Source: Candidatus Enterousia sp. (lineage in GTDB: Bacteria; Pseudomonadota; Alphaproteobacteria; Rs-D84). Taken from it: a stretch of 64,000 nucleotides of DNA. Each line of letters begins with the position of its first letter. Position 1 is the first letter of the stretch. The notes beneath the pieces are model-generated. The model searched no databases and had not been told where the DNA came from. It was given only the letters and a program-made list of their open reading frames with translations. The stretch is from the NCBI GenBank assembly GCA_045606425.1, contig JAZURV010000011.1, positions 3,496-67,495 of the forward strand. The letters are read 5' to 3'. The translations under genes and the position numbers were made by a program. Below are positions 9,564-19,384 of this stretch, piece by piece.

Positions 9564-10292
9564 ATGGCGAACAAACTGGTTGAAGAACATACGATAAAAT
9601 CGTATCAGTGCGACAGATATGGTCTGATGCGCCCGATTATGTTGATGAATGAATTACAGGGTCTGGCGGGCAAGCATGCCGATTTGTTGGGGGCAGGGCG
9701 TGAATTTTGTTTCGCGCGCGGAATCGCATGGGTTGTCACACACATGTTTGTTGATGTCATAGATATGCCGCGTGCCAAAGAAAAATTGACATACACAACA
9801 TGGCCGACTGTGCCGGGTGCTTTGCGGTCTGAACGTGATTTTGAGATTCGTGATGAAAGCGGGAAACTGCGTGTTCGTGCGATATCTCAGTGGGTTTTGA
9901 TAAATCTGGAAACGCGTCGCCCGGTTCGCATCAGTGAATATATTCCTGATTGGGGTGGCATAGATGAACGCGTGTGGGAACGCAATTTTGATAAATGTCC
10001 TGACTTTGTTCCGACTAAATCGCATGTCATGGCATGCCGTTTTGATGATATCGATGTGAATCAGCATATAAACAACGCGGTTTATACAGTGTGGGCAACC
10101 GAAAGTGTTGGTTTTGAATATCGTAACGCGCATAAATTGCGTGGCATAGATGTATATTTCGAACACGAAATAAACCCGAATACACCCACCGTGCGGATAG
10201 AGGTTGCGTTTGACGGCAACACCACGCGTCATAAAATTATGACCGACGAAATCGAACATGCCAAGGTTGTTTGTTATTGGGATAACAGATAA
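9564..10292 (+). CDS. acyl-ACP thioesterase family protein
   Basis: Double hot-dog layout with typical blocks (GIAWVVTHMFVDV..., RFDDIDVNQHINNAVY). Confidence 0.7.
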   Translation: MANKLVEEHTIKSYQCDRYGLMRPIMLMNELQGLAGKHADLLGAGREFCFARGIAWVVTHMFVDVIDMPRAKEKLTYTTWPTVPGALRSERDFEIRDESGKLRVRAISQWVLINLETRRPVRISEYIPDWGGIDERVWERNFDKCPDFVPTKSHVMACRFDDIDVNQHINNAVYTVWATESVGFEYRNAHKLRGIDVYFEHEINPNTPTVRIEVAFDGNTTRHKIMTDEIEHAKVVCYWDNR

Positions 10293-10320
10293 ACACCGCC
10301 CAATCGGGCGGTGTTTTTTA
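10291..10320. terminator. bidirectional rho-independent terminator between convergent genes
   Basis: Perfect 8-bp stem ACACCGCC-caatcg-GGCGGTGT flanked by A and T runs. Confidence 0.75.
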
Positions 10321-10974
10321 ATTTCCACTTGGTGTGTTGAATGTCCAACCGACAAATATTTTCCCATTTATATGTTGTGCTTTCCGTGGGGTACGAATAT
10401 CACCACCATATGTGACCGAACCTGCATTATTTGCCGTGATGTCGGCAGTGTTCGCACTGTCCCATGTTATATTTATAACATTTCCAACACAGACATTGTT
10501 GGAAAGATGATATCCGTTTTCACATCCGTCAAATCCCTGTGTCGTTGTTTCGTTAAATGTAAATGTTCCACCAGGACAAACGCCATGCGATATACATGCA
10601 ACACATTCATCGACATTTGCCGGCAAATAATACCCCGATGAACACGTGTGTGAATTTGGCACATATTTTGCGTGTAATTTTGTTGGAAAATTGGTCGCAC
10701 AAATATTATTCATTGTTGTTTGTGGCACCAGATTAAAATTCAGACCCTGGAAAATGTCTGGATTAAAATTAAATGTTCCACCGAGACATGTAAAACCATT
10801 TGGACATGCAACGCACCCCAAAGTATTCGCCGGCAGATATTGTCCCACAGAACAAGTGTAAGAATTTGGTATGTACGCAGCATAATATTTATTTACCCCC
10901 GTATCACAAACATATTCTGCAAATACAGATTGTGTTATCAGCAATACCAACAAAAACGCAGAAATTTTTTTCAT
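10318..10974 (-). CDS. secreted Cys-rich repeat protein (YYLPAN...C..CP.G..C.GG.F.FN repeats) with C-terminal Listeria/Bacteroides-type (Flg_new) repeat
   Basis: Signal peptide, then two Cys-rich repeats. The C-terminal ITWDSANTADITANNAGSVTYGGDIRTPRKAQHINGKIFVGWTF is near-identical to the C-terminus of ORF 58686-59369. Start overlaps the upstream stop (TAATG). Confidence 0.7.
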   Translation of the reverse strand: MKKISAFLLVLLITQSVFAEYVCDTGVNKYYAAYIPNSYTCSVGQYLPANTLGCVACPNGFTCLGGTFNFNPDIFQGLNFNLVPQTTMNNICATNFPTKLHAKYVPNSHTCSSGYYLPANVDECVACISHGVCPGGTFTFNETTTQGFDGCENGYHLSNNVCVGNVINITWDSANTADITANNAGSVTYGGDIRTPRKAQHINGKIFVGWTFNTPSGN

Positions 10975-11768
10975 TATAAACCACCGACCTCTGGTCCCGC
11001 GATAAATTCGCCCGCACCCGCATTGGTAAAGAATTGTCCTGACACAGTATCGTACATACCCAAAACATTGTCACTGATGCGCTTTGCAGGGATAAGATTC
11101 ATCAACAAAGTTGTGCCGTCCGTGTCGTACATTTGCCAACTGTATAATTTTACATAATCCATTCCTGTTGCCGTCCCATCAGAGTTTGCGGCGAACAGGT
11201 ACATATTATTTGCGGTTTCAAACACATCGGATGTTTGTTGGTGAGAACCAGGTTCGTTGGTATATGTTGTGCCGTTAATATCTATATGAGACGTTGGGTT
11301 CCAGTCAATATCATAGATAGTATTCGCAGTAGCGTTAAATTTTTTTATTGTTCCATAATCTGTATCTGTGCCACTACGAGAATACCATGCTTTGTTGGTG
11401 CCATCGGTATACGGTATCCCAAGGTATTTGCCTTGCATCCAGTCACTGTATTCTTTTGACGACATAAGTGTGTATGGGCCAAACCGTGTCCACGCCACCT
11501 TCGTTTTATATGTGTAATCAGAACGAACCTTACGCCCAAGGTCAATATACTGTGTACCTGTGCTTTCAATATATTCCAGTTCTGTATACAACGCCCACCC
11601 TGCAAAACTGTATCCGTATTTTGCTGGGGCGACCGGGGGTGTGATATTATCACCGGCATCACATGTTGTTGTTTGATACAGCGAACCATCAACATACCAT
11701 TCAACACTGTGTGCAAATGCAGTTATGCAAACGAACACCAATCCAAATATAACAAAAAATTTTTTCAT
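10974..11768 (-). CDS. secreted protein: N-terminal Flg_new-type repeat plus divergent beta-rich C-terminal domain
   Basis: Start placed at MKKFFVIFG (GAGGGG RBS). The N-terminal ~60 aa are homologous to ORF 59372-60046 (VEWYVDGSLYQTTTCDAGDN...KYGYSFAGW). The C-terminus is unrelated to that paralogue. Confidence 0.7.
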   Translation of the reverse strand: MKKFFVIFGLVFVCITAFAHSVEWYVDGSLYQTTTCDAGDNITPPVAPAKYGYSFAGWALYTELEYIESTGTQYIDLGRKVRSDYTYKTKVAWTRFGPYTLMSSKEYSDWMQGKYLGIPYTDGTNKAWYSRSGTDTDYGTIKKFNATANTIYDIDWNPTSHIDINGTTYTNEPGSHQQTSDVFETANNMYLFAANSDGTATGMDYVKLYSWQMYDTDGTTLLMNLIPAKRISDNVLGMYDTVSGQFFTNAGAGEFIAGPEVGGL

Positions 11769-11978
11769 AAATCCCCTCGTTTTCACAAATCAAAAAACCA
11801 CCGGAAAAATTCAGGCGGTTGGAGGTTCAAGACTATATTACGAGAAATAGTGGGCTTATTTATATATATCGCCCCCTCCAACCAAGTTTAGTTGGAGGTT
11901 TTTTCTGTCCCCACGGACACCCGTAATTAGAGGTCTTGACACCCCGTCGACAGAATCCCCATCGACAAACCAATTATA
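11769..11978 (-). promoter_or_regulatory. promoter plus about 200-nt structured 5' leader with attenuator-like alternative pairings (leader L1)
   Basis: Minus strand: extended -10 TGATATAAT (11973-11978). Segments are 1 CCUCCAAC, 2 GGUUGGAGGG, 3 CCUCCAACCGCC, 4 GGUGGU plus a U run just before the RBS. Segment 2 can pair with 1 or with 3, and 3-4 forms the terminator. Confidence 0.45.
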
Positions 11979-12007
11979 TCAAAAAAATTTGCCCAGATAA
12001 ATAAAAA

Positions 12008-12028
12008 AATCGCCAATCGGCGATTTTA
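12008..12028 (-). terminator. rho-independent terminator of rpmH
   Basis: Minus strand: ATCGCCgattGGCGAT hairpin followed by a T7 run. Confidence 0.7.
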
Positions 12029-12052
12029 ATTTCTGATATTTTACCGTCAACC

Positions 12053-12205
12053 TTAATTCACTGCAGATACTGCCAAACGTTTGCGTCCACATGCGCGACG
12101 ACGATTCAAAACATCGCGTCCAGATTTAGTTGCCATTTTTTCACGGAACCCATGTGTTTTCACACGACGTGTTTTTGACGGTTGATATGTTCTTTTTGTT
12201 GCCAT
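12053..12205 (-). CDS. rpmH: 50S ribosomal protein L34
   Basis: Not in the ORF track because it is under 60 aa. My translation is [50 protein letters not shown], a classic L34 sequence. AAGGA RBS. Confidence 0.9.
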   Translation of the reverse strand: MATKRTYQPSKTRRVKTHGFREKMATKSGRDVLNRRRACGRKRLAVSAVN

Positions 12206-12525
12206 TGTTAAATCCTTTTGACTTTCGTTCTATTTAACCACATGTTTTTTGAAAACGCAACTATTTTATTTACTTTTTACCAAACCCAGTTTTTTCAGGC
12301 CTTCGATAAACAAAAAGTACACAAAAATCGCTGCAAACAGATTCCAAAAAGGCAAAAATACATTCGATGCTTTCATTTTATACTACCTTTGTTTTGTTGT
12401 GATATTATAGCACACAAACCGGTTTTGTCAAACGATAATCAAAGATGATTTTTTCTGCTTTAATCCTTGACCCAACGGCTAAAATTTTGCTATGTTTTTA
12501 TCAGTTAAAAACAAGGGAAAAAGTA

Positions 12526-15279
12526 ATGTCTGATATTATCGAAACAAATGAAGTCAATGAAATAAAGGTTCCAACTTCGCCGATTGAACATGAAATGCGA
12601 ACATCGTTTTTGGATTATGCGATGTCTGTTATTGTGGACCGTGCGTTGCCAGATGTGCGTGACGGCTGTAAACCGGTGCATCGTCGTATTTTGTATGTTA
12701 TGAACGAAGTGGCGCCTGCGACTAAGGCAACTGTGAAATCTGCGCGTATCGTTGGTGATGTGATGGGACGTTATCACCCACATGGGGATTCGTCTATTTA
12801 CGAAGCGATGGCGCGTATGGCACAAGACTTCTCTATGGGTGAAATGCTGGTCCAGGGTCAGGGTAACTTTGGTTCGCGTGACGGTGATAAACCTGCGGCT
12901 ATGCGTTATACAGAGGCACGCCTGTCCAAACTGGGTGCGTCATTGATGGAAGATTTGGACAAAGACACGGTTGATTGGCAACCAAACTTTGACGGTACTT
13001 TACAGGAACCAATTGTTTTGCCAACAAAGTTCCCTAATTTCTTGGTAAATGGTGGTTCGGGTATTGCGGTCGGTATGGCAACAAATGTGCCAACTTATAA
13101 CCTGGGTGAAGTTTGTAATGGTATTTTGGCTGTTCTTGATAACAAAGACATTACCGATGATGAATTGTTTGGAATTATTCCAGGGCCTGATTTTCCAACA
13201 GGTGGAATTATTATGGGGCACGCCGGTGCTTATAAAGCGCACACAACCGGACGCGGTTCGATAATTGTTCGTTCGAAAACTCATTTTGAAACAGTACATG
13301 ACCATACTGCGATTATTGTTGATGAATTACCATATCAAGTAAATAAATCGCAACTGATTATAAAAATTGCAGAATTGGTCAAAGATAAAAAAATCGAAGG
13401 AATCACAGATATTCGCGATGAATCGTCAAAGGAAGGATTGCGCGTAGTTATCGAATTAAAACGCGACACAATGCCAGAGGTTGTTTTGAATCATTTGTTC
13501 CAAGATACAGAAATGCAATCAAATTTCCCTGTGAATATGATGGCACTGAATCGCGGTCGTCCAATGTTATTCACTGTGCGCACAGTATTGGACGCGTTTA
13601 TTGAATTCCGTGAAGAAGTTATTCGTCGCAGAACGATATTCGATTTGAACAAGGCGCGCAATCGTGCACACACTTTGTTGGGATTGTCTGTGGCGTGCGG
13701 TAATTTGGACGAAGTTATCAAACTGATTAAAGAATCTGCAAACCCAGATGAAGCACGCACTGCGTTATTATCGCGTGGTTGGCCGGCATCTGATATTGAA
13801 TCTTATATCAACCTGATTGACGACCCGAACACAGAATACAAAGACGGTCTGTTCTATATGTCCGAAGACCAAGCAAAGGCAATTCTGGAATTGCAATTGC
13901 ATCGTTTGACAGGTCTGGAACGCGACAAGATTCACAATGATTTGACTGAATTGGGTGCAACTATTAAAGATTTGTTGGCAATATTGGGCAGTCACGAACG
14001 CATTATCCAAATTATTCGTGATGAAACAGCGGCGGTTCGCGATAATTGGTCACAACCACGCAGAACTGAAATATCTGATGCAGAAATCGACATAGATATC
14101 GAAGATTTGATTGCGCGTGAAGACATGGTTGTAACTGTTTCTAATACCGGATATATCAAACGCGTAAGCCTGGATACATATCGCGCACAAAAACGCGGGG
14201 GCAAGGGCCGTAATGCAATGACAACAAAAGATGATGATTATGTTGTAAATGTGTTTGTTGCAAATACTCATACGCCTTTGTTGTTCTTCTCTTCTAAGGG
14301 ATTGTGCTATAAATTAAAAACTTATAAATTACCGGAAGCATCTGCCGCAGGCAAGGGTCGTCCATTGGTCAATTTATTGCCATTGACGGACGGCGAAACA
14401 ATAACTGCGATTTTGCCAGTGCCAGAAGATGAAGTTAAACGCGTTGCAGAATCTGGAGTTGAACATTTCCTAATGTTTGCAACTGCATCTGGTACAGTGC
14501 GCAGAAATCGTATGTCTGATTTTGATTCTATCCGCGCAAATGGAAAGATTGCAATGAAACTGGACGAAGGCGATTCTTTGATTTCTGTATTGCCGTGTAA
14601 TGAAAACCAAGATGTATTCCTTTCTACATATCGCGGTCGTTGCATAAGATTTGCTGTCCCAGAAATTCGTATATTCGCAGGACGCAATTCAACCGGGGTT
14701 CGCGGTTTATCGCTGCAAAAAGATGATTATATTATCGGTATGGCAATGTTGAATCATGGTGAATCTGATTCTGTGGTTCGTGCCGCGTATGTAAAGCAAA
14801 GCCGCGCATTGCGCCGTGCACAGACCGGTATCGAAGAAGAAGCGGATGCCGAAGAAGAAAACACAACATTGGTTTTAAGCGATGAACAAATGGCAAAGAT
14901 GGCGTTGAGTGAAGAATTCATTTTAACAGTTTCTGAAAACGGATTTGGAAAACGCACATCGTCTTATGAATATCGTTTGACACATCGTGGCGGTAATGGA
15001 TTTACCAACATTAAATTGGGTGGTAAAAACACAGCCGTTGCAGGTTCGTTCCCTGTGAAAGAAGACCAAGATATTATGATGGTTACAAACGGTGGTAAAA
15101 TTATCAGAACACCAGTGCGTGATGTTCGTATTGCGGGTCGTTCAACCGCAGGTGTGACATTGTTCAGAACAGCCGAAGGTGAAAAGGTTGTGTCTGCAAT
15201 TGCAATCGACCACGAAGAAGAATCAAACGAAGAAGAAATTGTGTCTGAATCTGAAACAATAACCGAAACAGCAGAATAA
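12526..15279 (+). CDS. gyrA: DNA gyrase subunit A
   Basis: Start at the ATG at 12526 (AAGGGAAA RBS). Has [26 protein letters not shown] and the active-site region AAMRYTE, plus C-terminal beta-pinwheel repeats. Confidence 0.95.
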   Translation: MSDIIETNEVNEIKVPTSPIEHEMRTSFLDYAMSVIVDRALPDVRDGCKPVHRRILYVMNEVAPATKATVKSARIVGDVMGRYHPHGDSSIYEAMARMAQDFSMGEMLVQGQGNFGSRDGDKPAAMRYTEARLSKLGASLMEDLDKDTVDWQPNFDGTLQEPIVLPTKFPNFLVNGGSGIAVGMATNVPTYNLGEVCNGILAVLDNKDITDDELFGIIPGPDFPTGGIIMGHAGAYKAHTTGRGSIIVRSKTHFETVHDHTAIIVDELPYQVNKSQLIIKIAELVKDKKIEGITDIRDESSKEGLRVVIELKRDTMPEVVLNHLFQDTEMQSNFPVNMMALNRGRPMLFTVRTVLDAFIEFREEVIRRRTIFDLNKARNRAHTLLGLSVACGNLDEVIKLIKESANPDEARTALLSRGWPASDIESYINLIDDPNTEYKDGLFYMSEDQAKAILELQLHRLTGLERDKIHNDLTELGATIKDLLAILGSHERIIQIIRDETAAVRDNWSQPRRTEISDAEIDIDIEDLIAREDMVVTVSNTGYIKRVSLDTYRAQKRGGKGRNAMTTKDDDYVVNVFVANTHTPLLFFSSKGLCYKLKTYKLPEASAAGKGRPLVNLLPLTDGETITAILPVPEDEVKRVAESGVEHFLMFATASGTVRRNRMSDFDSIRANGKIAMKLDEGDSLISVLPCNENQDVFLSTYRGRCIRFAVPEIRIFAGRNSTGVRGLSLQKDDYIIGMAMLNHGESDSVVRAAYVKQSRALRRAQTGIEEEADAEEENTTLVLSDEQMAKMALSEEFILTVSENGFGKRTSSYEYRLTHRGGNGFTNIKLGGKNTAVAGSFPVKEDQDIMMVTNGGKIIRTPVRDVRIAGRSTAGVTLFRTAEGEKVVSAIAIDHEEESNEEEIVSESETITETAE

Positions 15280-15659
15280 TGGAAACCACGAACGAATATT
15301 TTGTTCCGATAAACGAAGTTGCCAAAGAATTGGATGTACCGGCGCATACTTTGCGTTATTGGGAAAAACAATTTCCGGGCGCAATTCGTCCTGTGACGGG
15401 TGCCGGTAATCGCCGGTATTATCGACGCGAAACGGTTGAAAAAATACGTTCGATAAAATCATTATTGTATGATAAGGGTATGACAATTGTCGGGGTTAAA
15501 AAAATTCTGCACAACGGAACATTTGATGCGGAAACAAATTTTAACGAAAAGACCGGCAAATCCCGGGCAGAAAAATCTGAAATAACGGCACAAATTGCCG
15601 GTGAAGAAATAGATTTTGCGCTGGATTTGTTGAATCAGGCAAAAATGTTGTTGGAATAA
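15279..15659 (+). CDS. MerR-family transcriptional regulator (small alphaproteobacterial type)
   Basis: N-terminal HTH block (INEVAKELDVPAHTLRYWEKQFP...RRYY). Start overlaps the gyrA stop. Confidence 0.8.
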   Translation: METTNEYFVPINEVAKELDVPAHTLRYWEKQFPGAIRPVTGAGNRRYYRRETVEKIRSIKSLLYDKGMTIVGVKKILHNGTFDAETNFNEKTGKSRAEKSEITAQIAGEEIDFALDLLNQAKMLLE

Positions 15660-15674
15660 TTGTAAAATTTTTCA

Positions 15675-15705
15675 AAAAGGCCGGTAAATACCGGCAATTT
15701 TTTTA
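15675..15705 (+). terminator. rho-independent terminator
   Basis: GCCGGT-aaat-ACCGGC hairpin followed by a T7 run. Confidence 0.7.
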
Positions 15706-15882
15706 TTAAAAAACACTTGACACCGATTCGCTGAATTTACTAAGATTAAAGCAAAGGAAGGATTCTGTTTGGTAAAAAAACCACGGAACCCCCCGGATTT
15801 TTGGGAAAAATCAACGAATGCTGTTTAATGGCGTCATTTGCTGATTTTTTTGAATAACAAAGAAACGAAGGAAGGAGAAAAT

Positions 15883-17739
15883 ATGAACAATAAACTTTGG
15901 TTGACGTCCATGGTTGCAATTGGACTGACTTTGCCTGCATCGGCGGCCACATTCCCAACAAATGGTTATATGAAACCAACTAATGGCCAGGCAACAACAT
16001 ATACTGGTGCGGCAATATCGACGAATATGGGTGTGACTAGCGGTACCGCAAACGCTGATGCGTATTATAATATTTTAGCAGGTTATTATTTGCCGGCGAA
16101 TTCATACGAAGCCGCCCAATGTACGGCGGGTAATTACTGTTCTGGTATTGAAAACATCAAAAGTACCTCTTCTGCCCAGGGGATTACGGGCGCTTGTCCT
16201 TCGGGATTCCCAAATTCTGATGTTGGGACATATACTGTACAACAATGTTATCGTAATTGTATCTTGACAGATATCAGTAATACGGAAGGAATTGCTTCAA
16301 ATGCAACGGTGTCTGGGCGCGTAATAAACAATGGTGGAGTTGCTTATTGTGAACCATCCGCCTGTGCGGCAGGTTATACAAAATTGCCGGATTATAAAAC
16401 GACCATTACATCAACAACCAGTAACTACTGGTCTTCGTATAATGGAACAATTACAGGAACCCCTACTGATAACGGCTCTTCTATTCCGTATGGGGTAAAT
16501 TCGTATTGGGCGGCAGATTTTGGTAACATGGGTATGGTTTGGGGGGCTGCCTTGGTTTCGAACAATACTGCAAAATATATCAATTGGACATCAGAGGCTC
16601 CGACATCGGCGAATCTGGGGACTGCATGTTATTGTAGTTTGCGTGGATACAATGGGGTAAGTTTGAACTCTGCATGGGTAAGGGTTGATAACGAATACAT
16701 CACAACCAGTACGGTAGATGGTGGTGCCTGTAATTACTTGTGTGCACAGATGGTTGCCGATCAAGGAGTCGGATTAACAACCTTCCGTGAAGATTTGTTT
16801 TCTATGGGGTCCAGTTCAGAGATTTGCGATCCAAATGTTTACGGTGTTATATATAGTTGTGGTACTGGCACAGGAACCAATCCACCCCAGGGCGCCCCAG
16901 TATATAACAGAACATATACTGTATCTTTGAATACGTATGACAATGGCGGCGGAACAACTACGTATTGTACCAAGGAAGGTTATACATTTAATAACTGGAA
17001 AGACGGCGCAGGCACAACCAGAACTGCTGGCGCGGATATCACATGGACTTATACATCGGCGCAAACATTTACAGCACAATGGTCTGCAAACACCATTACT
17101 TTGAATTGGGATGAAAACAACGGTAGCGCTGTTTCGAATGGGACATGTACGTATGATAGTACGTTGACATTACCCGTGGCATCAACACGTGAAGGTTATA
17201 CGTTTGCGGGATGGAAATTGTATGGTACTAACGGTGCCGTCAAAACCGCAGGTTCGACAGTGGCAAACGGTTGTACAAAAGCCAACACTGGTGTTGCGTC
17301 CGGTACATCAACGGGCATCAAAGCGCAATGGACTGCGAACACAATTACTTTGAATTGGGATGAAAACGGTGGTGACGCTATTTCAAATGGAACATGTACA
17401 TATGATGGTACACTGACATTACCTGCGGCACCTACGCGCGCTGGTTATGATTTTGGCGGTTGGAAACTGAAAAGTGGTACCATCAAAGACGCCAGTTCAA
17501 CTGTGTCTAGCGGCTGTACAAAAGCCAACACGGGTGTTGCGTCTGGTACATCAACACAGATTGTTGCACAGTGGACAGCTAAAACAATTACCATCAAATG
17601 GTATGGTGTATCTGATACAGGAAACACCAATGGTGTATTTGAAACAACCGTCACATACGGTGGTGATATAACAACACCTACTACACCAAAGATGTCCGCA
17701 TCTGGTCAGACATTCCGTGGATGGGTATTCAGAAAATAA
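15883..17739 (+). CDS. large secreted surface protein: Cys-rich N-terminal region plus four Flg_new-type repeats
   Basis: Start at the ATG at 15883 (GAAGGAG RBS) with signal peptide ...LPASAATF. Has a YYLPANSYEAAQCTAGNYCSG motif and tandem repeats ending in G(Y)(T/D)F.GW. Confidence 0.75.
   Translation: MNNKLWLTSMVAIGLTLPASAATFPTNGYMKPTNGQATTYTGAAISTNMGVTSGTANADAYYNILAGYYLPANSYEAAQCTAGNYCSGIENIKSTSSAQGITGACPSGFPNSDVGTYTVQQCYRNCILTDISNTEGIASNATVSGRVINNGGVAYCEPSACAAGYTKLPDYKTTITSTTSNYWSSYNGTITGTPTDNGSSIPYGVNSYWAADFGNMGMVWGAALVSNNTAKYINWTSEAPTSANLGTACYCSLRGYNGVSLNSAWVRVDNEYITTSTVDGGACNYLCAQMVADQGVGLTTFREDLFSMGSSSEICDPNVYGVIYSCGTGTGTNPPQGAPVYNRTYTVSLNTYDNGGGTTTYCTKEGYTFNNWKDGAGTTRTAGADITWTYTSAQTFTAQWSANTITLNWDENNGSAVSNGTCTYDSTLTLPVASTREGYTFAGWKLYGTNGAVKTAGSTVANGCTKANTGVASGTSTGIKAQWTANTITLNWDENGGDAISNGTCTYDGTLTLPAAPTRAGYDFGGWKLKSGTIKDASSTVSSGCTKANTGVASGTSTQIVAQWTAKTITIKWYGVSDTGNTNGVFETTVTYGGDITTPTTPKMSASGQTFRGWVFRK
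17083..17574 (+). repeat. tandem in-frame DNA repeat (249 nt and 243 nt units) encoding two Flg_new-type repeats
   Basis: The units begin tctgcaaacaccattactttgaattgggatgaaaac and actgcgaacacaattactttgaattgggatgaaaac. The protein units (SANTITLNWDEN... and TANTITLNWDEN...) are highly similar. Confidence 0.85.
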
Positions 17740-17758
17740 ACCATTCTGGAATGACACA

Positions 17759-17790
17759 AAAAAAGTCGTGGGAAACCACGACTTTTTTAT
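17759..17790 (+). terminator. rho-independent terminator
   Basis: AAGTCGTGG-gaaa-CCACGACTT hairpin followed by a T6 run. Confidence 0.8.
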
Positions 17791-17915
17791 TTGCATAATG
17801 TTTCACGGTAAAACCAATATTATTCTTGATGGACGCGTGTTGACAAAAAATCTTGCTTGACAATTGGTCGTTTGGGGTGTAATGTGTATCTTCATTGAAA
17901 AAAGGTGAAAATATT

Positions 17916-19325
17916 ATGTCACATGACAATAATTTTGATTTCGAATATGCGGGCTTTTGGGTAAGCGCGTCTTCGCTGGAAAGTTGCGCCAATGATGCAA
18001 TCCATTGCAAACAAAAACTGGGCTTGCAGAATTATTCAACCTATATGGCTGACAGTATTATTTCATGTATCGCGTCTCAATCTTTTAATTTTGATAAAGG
18101 CAACAAACGCGTATTTAAGGCGTTGTACAGAATGTTGCGTGACTATGCCAATGATAATGGTGTTTATTCAGATGAAACACGCGCTGCGATGCGTGCTTTG
18201 TGTGTGTACTGTGGTTTTGCGCCAGATTCAATTGTGTTGACTAACCAGACGGTGCGTTCGACACGTTTCAAACAAAAAATAGGTAAATGGTTTGGATTAA
18301 AAGAACCCCACGATGTTCAAGAAGATAAAATCGACCAAATGTTCGACGCAGCCGCGCAACAAAATAATCAACAAGATGTTTTAGCAGCAGAAGCCGAAAA
18401 GCGTCGTGCAGAAGAAGCGGAACGCAAACGTATCGAAGAAGAAAAGCGTCGTGCAGAAGAAGCGGAACACAAACGTGTCGAAGAAGAAAAGCGTAAACGC
18501 ATTATCGCTGAACAAGAACAAATCAAAAAGGCACAAGAAAGTGTGAAAGAAAATCTGGTTGCGCCAGAAAAACCTAAAAAAACTAAGTGGACCAGATTTG
18601 CCAAAATTGGTGCAACTATCACAGGATTTGTCGCCCTGGGTGCGTTGATGTTATTTAATGCACATGATTCTGCGCAAACAGACAATTCTGTTCAATCTAA
18701 TGACAAAGCGCCAACTTTCAAAACTGTGAATACGGCACAATCTGCACATTATAATAATGTTATAACATACAATATGGCGGACAGTTTGCAGAAACAAAAA
18801 TCAAATCTGGATTCTGTCCTGCAATATCGAAAAACAGCAAATGCGCAGACGCTGCAAAATGCTGGAGCAACAAAACAAACTGTTGCGTCTTCGGAATCTC
18901 AAGCAAAAGCTGAGGCGGTGACCCGGGCCAGTCGCAGTGCGCTGAATGTTTTGATTGGTACAAAGCGGGCGCAGAAACTTTGTGACAATATCCAATCTAA
19001 AGTTGATGCAGGAATATTCAAATTGCCAGATGGAATATCTGTCGAACGCGTCGCACATGCGATGCAGATGAGTCGCATTTACGAAGGTCACAGTGTCATT
19101 TTAGATGCACTGAATTCTGATAAGCCTTTAACAGTCGAAGAACAACGGGCGTTTGATGAACATATCGCCAGTATCGGAGATTTGGGTGTTAAATTGCAAA
19201 AGCGTATGGCAACGAAACATAAATTAAGCAAACACAGTCGTTATGACAATGCGCAAAAAGTACTAAAAATAGCCCACATAAAAAATCTGAAACAGTTAAA
19301 ACAGATAACAAATCGTGCGCGTTAA
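17916..19325 (+). CDS. hypothetical membrane-anchored protein with charged coiled-coil (AEEAE(R/H)KR) repeats
   Basis: ATG at 17916 preceded by AAAGGTGAAA. Has one central TM segment (IGATITGFVALGALMLF) and a Lys/Glu/Arg-rich repeat. No recognisable family. Confidence 0.6.
   Translation: MSHDNNFDFEYAGFWVSASSLESCANDAIHCKQKLGLQNYSTYMADSIISCIASQSFNFDKGNKRVFKALYRMLRDYANDNGVYSDETRAAMRALCVYCGFAPDSIVLTNQTVRSTRFKQKIGKWFGLKEPHDVQEDKIDQMFDAAAQQNNQQDVLAAEAEKRRAEEAERKRIEEEKRRAEEAEHKRVEEEKRKRIIAEQEQIKKAQESVKENLVAPEKPKKTKWTRFAKIGATITGFVALGALMLFNAHDSAQTDNSVQSNDKAPTFKTVNTAQSAHYNNVITYNMADSLQKQKSNLDSVLQYRKTANAQTLQNAGATKQTVASSESQAKAEAVTRASRSALNVLIGTKRAQKLCDNIQSKVDAGIFKLPDGISVERVAHAMQMSRIYEGHSVILDALNSDKPLTVEEQRAFDEHIASIGDLGVKLQKRMATKHKLSKHSRYDNAQKVLKIAHIKNLKQLKQITNRAR
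18396..18494 (+). repeat. 45-bp tandem repeat (2.2 copies) inside the CDS
   Basis: Unit gaaaagcgtcgtgcagaagaagcggaac(g/a)caaacgt(a/g)tcgaagaa is repeated at 18396 and 18441, with a partial third copy. Confidence 0.85.
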
Positions 19326-19384
19326 AACACGGATTGCTTTATCTGGTGTTCGATTGCACCAATGCGTTGAAAATATTGTTTGAT

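Noticed and set aside
12218-12448. A 76-aa plus-strand ORF upstream of gyrA.
   Set aside because: It has no RBS and an odd composition. It occupies the rpmH-gyrA divergent promoter region.
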